From an uncultured Acidobacteriota bacterium (lineage in GTDB: Bacteria > Acidobacteriota > Vicinamibacteria > Vicinamibacterales > 2-12-FULL-66-21): a DNA stretch of 64,000 nt. Shown here one piece after another: positions 29,800 through 38,225 of the stretch (the stretch's first letter is position 1; each line of letters starts with the position of its first letter). The DNA lies in NCBI GenBank assembly GCA_963804245.1, contig CAWDPQ010000017.1, positions 157,545-221,544 on the forward strand, in the 5' to 3' direction. The notes beneath the pieces were generated by a model. That model saw nothing but the letters and a program-made list of their open reading frames with translations. It ran no database searches and was not told the origin of the DNA. A program made the position numbers and the translations under genes.

Positions 29800-30811
29800 A
29801 TGAACGAGTCGCCATCTCGATTCAGCCGACGAGTGAGTGCCATGCTACTCGTCGCACTTGGCGTTCCACTCCATTCGCAACAACCCGCTGATTGGAAGGA
29901 CCCGTCTTCCCACGTCACACGATTCGTCACCGTGAGCCAGAACGTGCGGCTGGAGGTGCTCGATTGGGGCGGTTCTGGAAGGCCCCTCGTCCTGCTCGCC
30001 GGCGGCGGTGACACGGCGCACGTATTCGACGAATTCGCGTCGAAGCTGACCGCTGATTTCCACGTCTACGGGATCACGCGGCGCGGCTTTGGCGAATCTG
30101 GCTTTGCCCCGCCTGCCTCTGGAGCCGATGGTTACGGTGACGACGTGCTCGCGGTCCTTGACGCGCTCAAACTCGAAAGGCCGGTGTTAGTCGGACACTC
30201 GATCGGGGGACAGGAGTTGAGTTCGGTCGCGAGCAGACACCCGAGCCGCGTCGCAGCACTCGTCTACCTCGATGCCGGGTATCCCTACGCGTTCGACAAT
30301 GGCAAGGGACCAGCGATGAAGGAGTTCGAAGATTTTCGTGGCCCCCAACCTCCACCACCAACGGCAACCGATCTGGTCAGCTTTCCTGCGTTGCGGCAGT
30401 ACCTACGTGCGAGTCCTTGGCTTCTCCTTCCCGGAGGCGGAGCTCCGTCAGAAGAGGCCCGTCAATCCAGACGGACACGTCGGAAGGCCGCGCAACTTTC
30501 CTGGTTATTCGAGTCTTCTGGCAGGCATGAAGAAGTACGTCGATATTCCGGTGCCGGCACTCGTGTTCTTCGGCATTCCTCACGGTCTGGGACGTTGGGT
30601 CGACAGCAGCACGGATCCGAAGGTGCGTGAGCGGGCCAGGGCCTATACCGCGGCCTTGACGCCTTTAGTAGAGCGGCAGGCACAGTCAATTGAAGATGGC
30701 ATCCCAACCGCCCGTGTCGTGAAGCTCTCTGGCGCACATCACTACGTCTATTTGTCAAACGAGGCGGACGTGCTCCGTGAGATGCGCGTGTTTCTCGGCC
30801 GTCTGCGGTAA
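29800..30811 (+). CDS. Alpha/beta hydrolase, one frameshift near 30400
   Basis: GGAG RBS; LDWGGSG, GHSIGG nucleophile elbow, GAHHYVY. Confidence 0.85.
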
Positions 30812-30906
30812 CCCCCTTTTCAACTGATGCGAGAATCAAGGGCGTGGAGATACTCGAAGACCCGCCGCTGACCTCTGGGCTTGATCCGATCCCGTGGACG
30901 GTTTAA

Positions 30907-31296
30907 TTACGTTGCTCGTCGAGTCGGCGTTCGGAAAACGTACACGAGAAAGCCACCAATCGCCATCCCCCCGCCGGCGTCAAGGCGCATCAACAACGGC
31001 CCTGCACTCGCGAACTTGTTTAGGACCGCTTGCGCGCGGGCAACGCCAAACCACGGCGTCGTCAGTCCCGCGATGATCACGATGAGGCCGAGCACGCGGA
31101 GCGTCCGCGGTGCCCGCGATGCTGGCGCGGCGAGCACGAACAGCAGCCCAATTGCGATTCTCAGGGCGGCGATCGCGTAAAGTCCGGCCGGCGTAATCAC
31201 CGAGCGCTCCAGTGAGAGGCGCAGATCGGGTGCCGCAAAGCTGATCGCACTCCAGAGGATGACAAATGCGCCAATAACGAGCCCGAGCCGTCGCAT
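30907..31296 (-). CDS. Small multi-TM hypothetical protein
   Basis: Internal ATG of ORF 30907..31539; four hydrophobic segments. Confidence 0.6.
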   Translation of the reverse strand: MRRLGLVIGAFVILWSAISFAAPDLRLSLERSVITPAGLYAIAALRIAIGLLFVLAAPASRAPRTLRVLGLIVIIAGLTTPWFGVARAQAVLNKFASAGPLLMRLDAGGGMAIGGFLVYVFRTPTRRAT

Positions 31297-31359
31297 GGCG
31301 AATCGTTTCAGCGTCCTGGCGCGCGGTGCGTGTGATCCGGTGGACGGTTCGTTCACGCG

Positions 31360-31566
31360 GGCTTGGGTCATCGCTCGTCGCTCGAAGGCGGCCGGACTGA
31401 TCTGGCCGAGGGTCGAGTGCCGGCGCCGTTGGTTATAGAACACTTCGATGTAGTCGAACAACTCCATCTTGGCCTCGCCGCAGCTGTCGAACCGATCCCG
31501 GAGCTCGCTCTTCACCAGGCGGACCCGGCGCAGCTTCACGGACGACTACAAGACGGTGTCGTGCGG
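31360..31566. mobile_element. IS3-family transposase remnant
   Basis: Minus strand VKSEL...ELFDYIEVFYNQRRRHSTLGQISPAAFE (OrfB C-terminus); plus strand PRRSFTDDYK (OrfA-like N-terminus). Confidence 0.8.
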
Positions 31567-31691
31567 AACGCGGAACAAGATTGACCACGCCGAGAGGGCT
31601 GCCGCACGACGCCACCGGAATGATTGACGCCGCCGCCGCGACAGAGACAATCGGGGACGGGCGGCCGTGTCAGGAATCCCATCGAAGATTT

Positions 31692-31750
31692 TGGTGCCGG
31701 GGGCGGGGATCGAACCCACACGGCCTTCCGGCCACGGGATTTAAGTCCGA
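31692..31750 (-). repeat. Displaced 3' half of tRNA-Leu (att-site direct repeat)
   Basis: 31693-31742 is identical to 35021-35070 (50 bp); ends in CCA on the minus strand. Confidence 0.92.
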
Positions 31751-32019
31751 AACTGCTTTTTAGAACACGCCTGAATTCGCAGATTCCCTAACGATTTCAC
31801 CGCCCTGGTTCGCCCCGGTCCGCCCAAGTCCGCCGTGGATGGTTAGCGCTACGGTTCTCGATCGGCACGTCAATCGAGAGCGGTGGCAACTCTCCCGAGC
31901 AATCCGGCAGTACCCGCCGGTGCAGTGCGTATTGAGAGGCGAGTGTGTATTGGGAGGCGCAGGAGTAGCGCAGATCTACATACTCGTAGCGCGGTTGACA
32001 CGGCTCGATAGCCGGTCGG

Positions 32020-32181
32020 CTAGGGCGTTCTTCGTGGGAACCCGAATTGCCCGGCTAGCGTTTCGAGGTATCGATCCGCTTGTCCGGCGATCTGTGTGCA
32101 AGCAAACACGATGAAGGCAACGAACGCGACGAGTGCAGATGCGAGGCCGATGGCGAGCGACTGAGCATCCATTGCGAACAT
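32020..32181 (-). CDS. Small single-TM protein (53 aa)
   Basis: GGAGGA RBS then MFAMDAQSLAIGLASALVAFVAFIVF. Confidence 0.55.
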   Translation of the reverse strand: MFAMDAQSLAIGLASALVAFVAFIVFACTQIAGQADRYLETLAGQFGFPRRTP

Positions 32182-32823
32182 TGGGTCCTCCAAACGGAGT
32201 CCTTCTCGTTGCACGAGCCGTACCACTGAACGTTTTTGTGATCGCGTGGATGTCGCAAGTCTATAGGGTGCTCATGACGGTGACATGACGAGAGTAGTGG
32301 GGGCAAGAATCAAAGGGAGGGAGACCTGCCGACGCGCTGACCGCGAGCAATCGGCTAGACCCTCGAGTCGCACGATGGCCCTGGCCGCGACGCGCCTCCG
32401 GCTGCGAGCCGCCGAGCTCGCCCTGGCGTCGATGACCCGCAAAACGCAACTGAAACACGAACGGAGAAAATGTGCTGAAAGAAATCGTCGGAAAAGGGCA
32501 AGTGGTGCCCGCAGGCGTTGCGATGCCGCAATGTTTGAAATTGAATTCGGAACCGTTCACCGGTCACGTCCCCCACAACGCGCGAAGAGTCGATCCGATC
32601 GAGTACGTCAAGGCGAACGAACCAAGACGTGAACCTCCGGCGCCACGCGAACTCACCACAGTGGACATCCTGCACGTTTCCGCTGGAAGCCGGCTCAATT
32701 CGCAGTGGCCAAGCCGGTCGGATTCCCGGCTCGTTCGGGCTGGCGTGGTACCGATGACTTTTGGCTCGAGCCGATCGTGGACTCGTGGGCCGTCAAGATC
32801 CGGGATCTCGGGATCGGTGGCCG

Positions 32824-33138
32824 ATGACCTCCGCGACAGCAGACACGTTCATCCGCGGCACAGTGGCATCCTGGGACCTCTCGCGCCACCGCGGGCTACT
32901 TGTTGCCGATGCCGGCGGCCTCGAGATACCGGTCGAAGGCGACTGCTTCGACGGTTTCAGCGTGACCGCGCATCCTGGATTGCCCTGTGAGTTTCGAACA
33001 GTGAGACCATTGCCGGCCGTCGTGCGATCCACGTCAGGCCAGTTACAAGCTAGGGAGCCCACGCCGGGATATCGCCGGCGTCCTGGACAGGGGAAGCGGC
33101 GTTCCGCGGGCCATCACGCGGGCGCCGCGGCTCTGTAA
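32824..33138 (+). CDS. Cold-shock/OB-fold-like small protein
   Basis: IRGTVASWDLSRHRGLLVADAGGLEIPV loosely resembles CSD strands 1-3. Confidence 0.35.
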   Translation: MTSATADTFIRGTVASWDLSRHRGLLVADAGGLEIPVEGDCFDGFSVTAHPGLPCEFRTVRPLPAVVRSTSGQLQAREPTPGYRRRPGQGKRRSAGHHAGAAAL

Positions 33139-33449
33139 GCGCGACGCCGAGCTGTGGCTAGAACCGCGGTGTATCCGCGGGCCGATCCTGAGAGATCGAC
33201 CGGCCCACTCTCTTCGGGTGATATCGTTCTCTGAAAACCAAATACTGAAGACCAAGAGCGCCAGCGGATCAGGACGGTGCGATTCGTTGGCGCTCTATCG
33301 CTGCCGCCTCCGGTATCCCGTGCCCGAGCCTACGTAACCAGAGGCGTCGGGCCACACGCGGGTCGCTTCTGAGGCCAGCCGGTGCGTGTGAATGGCGGCA
33401 TTTGGTTTGCTTTGGCGCAGCCCATCCTGTGAGTTCCGACACCCTCGAA

Positions 33450-33674
33450 GTGATTCCGTTTCGGCTTCCGGCTGAATGTCCGTACTGCGGTACGGTGAGA
33501 TCCCGGAAGCCACTATTCGTCGCCGCTCCGTCCTGCAGACGTGGTGCTGCCGAACCTGCGGCCCGCGAATGGCCGATCACAGAACAGCAGACATTCGAGC
33601 GGCGCGTCGGCCCTGCGGATCGGCGACGCACCACTCGCGCAAAGCGCCGCGGCCCGCAAACCCTTTCACTCTGA
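33450..33674 (+). pseudogene. Small Zn-ribbon protein, frameshifted
   Basis: CPYC and WCCRTCG lie in different frames; Arg-rich ERRVGPADRRRTTR tail. Confidence 0.5.
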
Positions 33675-33701
33675 ATCTGGGCTTTAGTAGGAGGACGGCG
33701 T

Positions 33702-33893
33702 ATGGAGCACAAGCTAACCATCTGGTCGGAGGGCGACTGGCGCTGCGAGTTGCATCCGGCGCCGAGAGGAGAGGTCCGTTTAAAACTCTTTCGCGGCGAC
33801 GAGATGATCGTGGTTGAGGCAACGTCGGTCGGGCAGTTAGCGTTTACACGCGCCGATATGCTGCGCAAGACGTTCTGCGTCGGAAGGCAATGA
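33702..33893 (+). CDS. Small hypothetical protein (63 aa)
   Basis: AGGAGG RBS at correct spacing; intact ORF. Confidence 0.6.
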   Translation: MEHKLTIWSEGDWRCELHPAPRGEVRLKLFRGDEMIVVEATSVGQLAFTRADMLRKTFCVGRQ

Positions 33894-33950
33894 ATTAAAC
33901 CATCCAATACGTATCCTCTAAGTGTGATGCTTGCTGTGAATCCGCCTGCC

Positions 33951-34089
33951 CTGCGGCCAATGCGTCCGCATTCCTGAGCCTTTCGACGACTCCGATTGGC
34001 TGTACGCAGCTGAAGTTCGACGGCTTCCGTGCGCTCGCGCACGTCATCGGCCATCACTGCCAGCTCGTCTCCCGCAACGGCCACGCGCA
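33951..34089 (+). pseudogene. N-terminal fragment of an ATP-dependent DNA ligase (LigC/LigD-like)
   Basis: RIPEPFDDSDWLY, then after a 1-nt shift ELKFDGFRALAHV...LVSRNG (motif I KxDGxR). Confidence 0.8.
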
Positions 34090-34133
34090 GCGCTGTCTAT
34101 CTCCAACCCTTCGCCATCAGTGCTGCCTTCCAC

Positions 34134-34634
34134 CTATTTCCCGGCTGTGACTCGATGATAAACCATCGTCTCTTGTAACGTCTGGCCGTCCTTCGATTTC
34201 GACGTGACGACGTCGGTGAGGGTGTTTCCATCTGCCGAGAGGGTTGCGCGCCCGTCGAACGAGGATCCGTCGGTGCTACCCTCGCCGTGTCGAAGCAATG
34301 CGCCGTCCTTGTCCCGGGTTAAGCCTTCCTGCACGAGGACCTGACCTTTGGAATCCTTCAGGGGCTGCAGGCTCCCGTCTAGCGGTCCGCTCCACGAGAA
34401 CGACATCGACTGCCCCTTCGCCTCGACTATATCGATCCGCCACGAAGTCAATTCCGGCGTATCTTTCAGAATCGTGAGCGTAATCGCCTTTGGAGCCGGA
34501 CCGGAACCCAAGCTGCTCTTCGCAAGATCGAGTTTCCACGTGCCCACCATTGATGTTTGCGTTGCGTTCGTTTGCGTGGATGCGTTGAACGAACCAAGTC
34601 CCAAGAGAGCGACTACGAGAGCACACATGGTCAT
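34134..34634 (-). CDS. Exported lipocalin-like beta-barrel protein
   Basis: Signal peptide; MVGTWKLDLAKS N-terminal GxW motif; ends VYHRV. Confidence 0.6.
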   Translation of the reverse strand: MTMCALVVALLGLGSFNASTQTNATQTSMVGTWKLDLAKSSLGSGPAPKAITLTILKDTPELTSWRIDIVEAKGQSMSFSWSGPLDGSLQPLKDSKGQVLVQEGLTRDKDGALLRHGEGSTDGSSFDGRATLSADGNTLTDVVTSKSKDGQTLQETMVYHRVTAGK

Positions 34635-34719
34635 GGGAATTCCTTTCGGCGCGCGCTGACACGTCGAGCGGCGCGAGATGGGACTGATTGCGGTTAGCCC
34701 ACATCGACCACTTGCACAC

Positions 34720-34901
34720 GGACTATTCGCACTGGGCACTTCAGCAGTTTCCGCCTTCCAGGATTCTTGCGTGTCGAGCACTTCGTCAGACGACTTGCAA
34801 ACCTGTGAACGCATCAACTCGCCGACCATCAGTCGCAACTCGAAGCCGAACTCGTGCGACCAGAGCTGGCAGCGCGCCTCGCGGTAACGCTGGCCAGGCA
34901 T
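34720..34901 (-). pseudogene. Small hypothetical ORF, read through into the downstream gene
   Basis: CQLWSHEFGFELRLMVGELMRSQVCKSSDEVLDTQESWK looks like a separate small protein. Confidence 0.35.
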
Positions 34902-35022
34902 CGCCGAGTTCGACGGGATGACCGGACCAGAAGGGACGCAAACAGACGGACATCGCCTACGAGTCTATTGCAGCGCCAGGTGCGTAGCTCTGCTGCGGAC
35001 CGGTCGGAAGCCGTTTGGGGGG

Positions 35023-35106
35023 TGCCGGGGGCGGGGATCGAACCCACACGGCCTTCCGGCCACGGGATTTTAAGTCCCGAGCGTCTGCCAGTTCCGCCAC
35101 CCCGGC
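35023..35106 (-). tRNA. tRNA-Leu(TAA)
   Basis: Acceptor GCCGGGG/CCCCGGC, D-loop TGGCAGAC, anticodon arm CGGGA-CTTAAAA-TCCCG, long variable arm, GGTTCGATCC; genomic 3' end reads ACCC, not ACCA. Confidence 0.96.
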
Positions 35107-35129
35107 TCCTGCACATTCTACGCGGTTCT

Positions 35130-35892
35130 CCACGTATTACTCTCACTGCCGTGGGATTGCTTGCCCCACATCTCAGTTCACAGAATCACGCGGCGCTACT
35201 GCGGGAGGCGCCCCACAAGAGCAAGCGCGATGTCGAGCGCATGGTGGCATGCTTGCGTCCGCAGCCGCCCGTACCGGCTATGGTTCGCAGGCTGCCGTCA
35301 CCACGGCCAACAGCGATGCCTGACGTTGAAGCATGGCGAAATCTCCCGATGGTGGTGCAATGCCACCACCAAGGCACCTGCGCCGTCGGCTATCGCGCGG
35401 GCGGTTGTAGCACCTCTGGCACCGCATCGCTGCAAGGTGCAGCTGACAATTGGACAAGACACTCATGACAAGTTGCGGCGGGTGCAGGATCTACTGCGGC
35501 ACAGTATTCCGACTGGGGATCCGGCAGCGATCCTCGATCGTGCGCTGACGCTCCTGCTGGCCGAACTCGAGCGGACCAAGTGTGCGGCGACGGAACGTCC
35601 ACGTCGTGTGCCGGATGTGAGGAAGCGGTCGCGTCACGTTCCTGCAACCGTCAAGCGGGCTGTGTGGTCGCGAGACAAGGGCCAGTGCGCCTTCGTCGGA
35701 AGCAACGGCCGCTGCCCGGAACGCGGCTTCCTGGAATTCCAGCACGTCCAACCCCACGCGGCTGGTGGCGACACCACGGGGGCGAACATCGAATTGCGCT
35801 GTCGTGCCCACAATAACTATGAGAAAGACCAATTCTTCGGTGTGCTGCCGTCAATTGTGAGAGAGCGTGGACCGGCGTATGCCGTCGGGTAA
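35130..35892 (+). pseudogene. HNH endonuclease-domain protein, 5'-truncated and frameshifted
   Basis: RHVPATVKRAVWSRDKGQCAF...C...LEFQHVQPHAAGG...NIELRCRAHN; upstream part in another frame (LLAPHL...HKSKRDVE). Confidence 0.8.
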
Positions 35893-36068
35893 CTCGGTCC
35901 GGACCGAGTCGAGGAGTACAGCACCGCCCGCCGGCGATTTCGATGTGTGAACGGTTCCGGTCTGCAGCAAGCCCCTCGCCCGTGCGATAACTAGCGTGGA
36001 AGCATTTCGTCGCCCGGATGGCGCCGGACCGGGCTGCTCCAACAGCGCTTCAAAACCATGAGCGTCAC

Positions 36069-36561
36069 ATGAACGACAAACGAAACAGGCCTCGACTATT
36101 CGCCGCGGCGTTCCTGACCGCAGGAACGATCCTCGCGCCTGAGCCCGCCTCCGCCTGCGACTGCATGCGGGGCAAACCTCTGTCCGCCGACGTCCGCAGC
36201 GAAGTGCCGGTCATCTTCGCCGGAACGGTCGTCGAGATTACCGAGCGCAACGAGCACAGCACGACCACCTACGATGGCGGGGCGAAGACGAGCGTGCGGC
36301 CCCTGGACCGGCGCGTGGTCTTTCGGGTTTCGGAAGGATGGCGCGGCGTGATGCGGGAGAAGTTCGACGTCGGCGCCGAGGTCAGCGACTGCATGTTCCC
36401 GTTCGAGATCGGACGCCGCTATGTGGTCTTCGCGCACAAGGATGCGCGCGGCCGCGCGTGGACGAGCATCTGCACGCGCACGATTCAGGACCGACAAGGC
36501 AGAGGACATCGTTCGGACACTGGGGACGCCATCGTTCAAACCGCACGCGGCAAACCCCTGA
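36069..36561 (+). CDS. Exported TIMP/NTR-like protein (N-terminal CxC), probable frameshift near 36490
   Basis: ASA-CDC after the signal peptide; IFAGTV, SDCMFPFEIGRRYVVFA, SICTRT; alternative-frame tail TDKAEDIVRTLG ends at 36561. Confidence 0.65.
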
Positions 36562-36594
36562 AGAACCCCTCGTGGAGAACCTCATGTGGCCCCC

Positions 36595-37737
36595 CTACCT
36601 CCGCCTGAGCGAAACGGCCTGACCATGACAGATGGCGGCCCGCATGGGACGCGCCGCCGGCTGGACATTGACCATCGCCGCCGCGGCGTCCGGCGACGCC
36701 ACCAGGTGAAGGGGCGACACCTGAAACTGCAGAATCTGCGGCTGCGCGCCGCCGAATGGCAGCATGGGCAGGCCCATGCGGACGAGCGGCGCTGAATTGA
36801 TCCCGCGTGTGCCCGCAATTCCGTCGGCGCTCACGACTGCGCCGGCCAGCGTCGCAGCGGGGTCGGGCAACAACTTGCTCATTCGTTTCCTGGCCGTGAC
36901 GGCTTCCTCGGTCTGCAGGACTTCGACGCGAACGATGGACGCCCGCGTGATCCGCAACTCCGCCCCTTCCACGTCGAGTCGCAGAGACACATCGTCCACA
37001 CCGGCCAGACGACCGCGGTGTCGCCAGCCGTTCATCCGCACGACGCGAACCATCTCGCCGACAGGGAGCGCGGAGATCGCCGACCACGCCTGCACCGAGT
37101 AGGACTCGACAATGCGGGCGGGCTCGTTCTCCGCGGGGTCCAAGCCTCCGGCGCGCCCCGACGACCGGACGACTGGCATCTGGTTCTCGGCGAGATAGAT
37201 CAGCCTCCCCTGGCGCGCCACCAGAGCCGCTTCTCCGCCGGCCACTCCGCCAATCGCGGCCCCTCCACGCAGCAAGGCACCAGGCGGCGGCCAGGCCTCT
37301 CCGCCAATGACTCCGCCAATCAGTGCGGCGGCACCCAGTCCGAGCAGCGCGCCGGCCGTAGCCCGCTTGGCCACGGCTCCGACTTCGGAACCTGGAAGAT
37401 CGACGAGGTCGACACGGAGCACATCGCCGCGGGCGATTTGCTCCTCGATGCCGTTGACCATCACGCGCACCGTGTGGCCGTCGGCGCCCCTCAATTGACC
37501 GACGTAAGCCGAACTATCCAGGGTGAGCACGTCGATGACCGCCCCGGCCGGCAACCGCATGACCTGGTCCCAGCGACCGCGAGCGGCGGCGGTCGTATCC
37601 ACCGGCATCACCGGCGGACGGGCCACTGGATAGGGACGATAACCTCGCCCGTAGCCATAAGGGGACAGCAGTTGCGCGCAGCCAGAAGTCGCGGCGCCGG
37701 CGAAGAGCAACCCGAGGAAGAAAGCACGTTTCTTCAT
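36595..37737 (-). CDS. Lipoprotein with two Sm-like domains and a glycine-zipper segment
   Basis: GGAG RBS; lipobox TSGC; two similar beta domains around GALLGLGAAALIGG...GAAIGGVAGG; last ~95 aa may be a separate ORF. Confidence 0.55.
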   Translation of the reverse strand: MKKRAFFLGLLFAGAATSGCAQLLSPYGYGRGYRPYPVARPPVMPVDTTAAARGRWDQVMRLPAGAVIDVLTLDSSAYVGQLRGADGHTVRVMVNGIEEQIARGDVLRVDLVDLPGSEVGAVAKRATAGALLGLGAAALIGGVIGGEAWPPPGALLRGGAAIGGVAGGEAALVARQGRLIYLAENQMPVVRSSGRAGGLDPAENEPARIVESYSVQAWSAISALPVGEMVRVVRMNGWRHRGRLAGVDDVSLRLDVEGAELRITRASIVRVEVLQTEEAVTARKRMSKLLPDPAATLAGAVVSADGIAGTRGINSAPLVRMGLPMLPFGGAQPQILQFQVSPLHLVASPDAAAAMVNVQPAARPMRAAICHGQAVSLRRR

Positions 37738-37864
37738 GGCAAATCTCCGATGCCGACGGTAGCAAGACCGGAAAGCCGGCGTCGTGACACTCGCCTGAAT
37801 AAGCGTGAATAACGGTGAAAGAGGCTCAGGGTCAGCCTCCAGCTGCCAGCTCTCTTTAATCAAT

Positions 37865-38047
37865 GCGCTTGGGGCCCTCCGCCTCCGCGCGCCGACAATC
37901 CATGCGCGCTACGGCGAGACCTCGCCTACGCTGGTCGCCCCCCTGGCCGGCGACCAGCGTAGGCGGGCACCCCCAAGCGCTCTCGCTCGGCGACTGCGCG
38001 CCTCGTCCTTCGACAAGCTCAGGACGACCCTGAGCTAGCGTCGAAGG
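37865..38047. repeat. Compound REP/MITE-like palindromic element
   Basis: 10-bp outer inverted repeat (37865-74/37971-80), perfect 17-bp stem (37923-39/37949-65), and CCTTCGAC-A-AGCTCAGG...CCTGAGCT...GTCGAAGG hairpin (38007-47). Confidence 0.85.
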
Positions 38048-38068
38048 GTCGCTCGGGCCGCAGGCGCT

Positions 38069-38138
38069 CCCCAGCTCCCCAGTTCCCAACTCCCCCGTTC
38101 CCCGCTCCCCTGCTCCCCAGTTCCCCAGTTCCCCAGTT
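38069..38138. repeat. (CCCCAGYT)-like octamer tandem repeat, 9 units (some degenerate)
   Basis: Same unit as 8253-8308. Confidence 0.9.
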
Positions 38139-38225
38139 GGTGTCCGTTCATCCCACTTGCCTTGGCGCGCGCTGCTCGCGTGGGGTAATCTCGAAACTCA
38201 TGGAATTCCGGCGCAAGGAGCTCGA

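Larger units (their letters stand above)
31693..35070. mobile_element. Decayed tRNA-Leu-integrated mini-island (3.3 kb, no integrase seen)
   Basis: Flanked by the tRNA 3' direct repeats; cargo of small or fragmented ORFs. Confidence 0.75.

Noticed and set aside
31363-31584. Plus-strand 73-aa ORF as a real gene
   Set aside because: It is the antisense shadow of the IS3 OrfB C-terminus
34134-34901. 255-aa ORF as one protein
   Set aside because: A signal peptide starts internally at 34634; the upstream part looks like a separate small ORF joined by chance read-through
31749-35020. Intact prophage or integrative element
   Set aside because: No integrase, replication or structural gene found on either strand; only a remnant is supported
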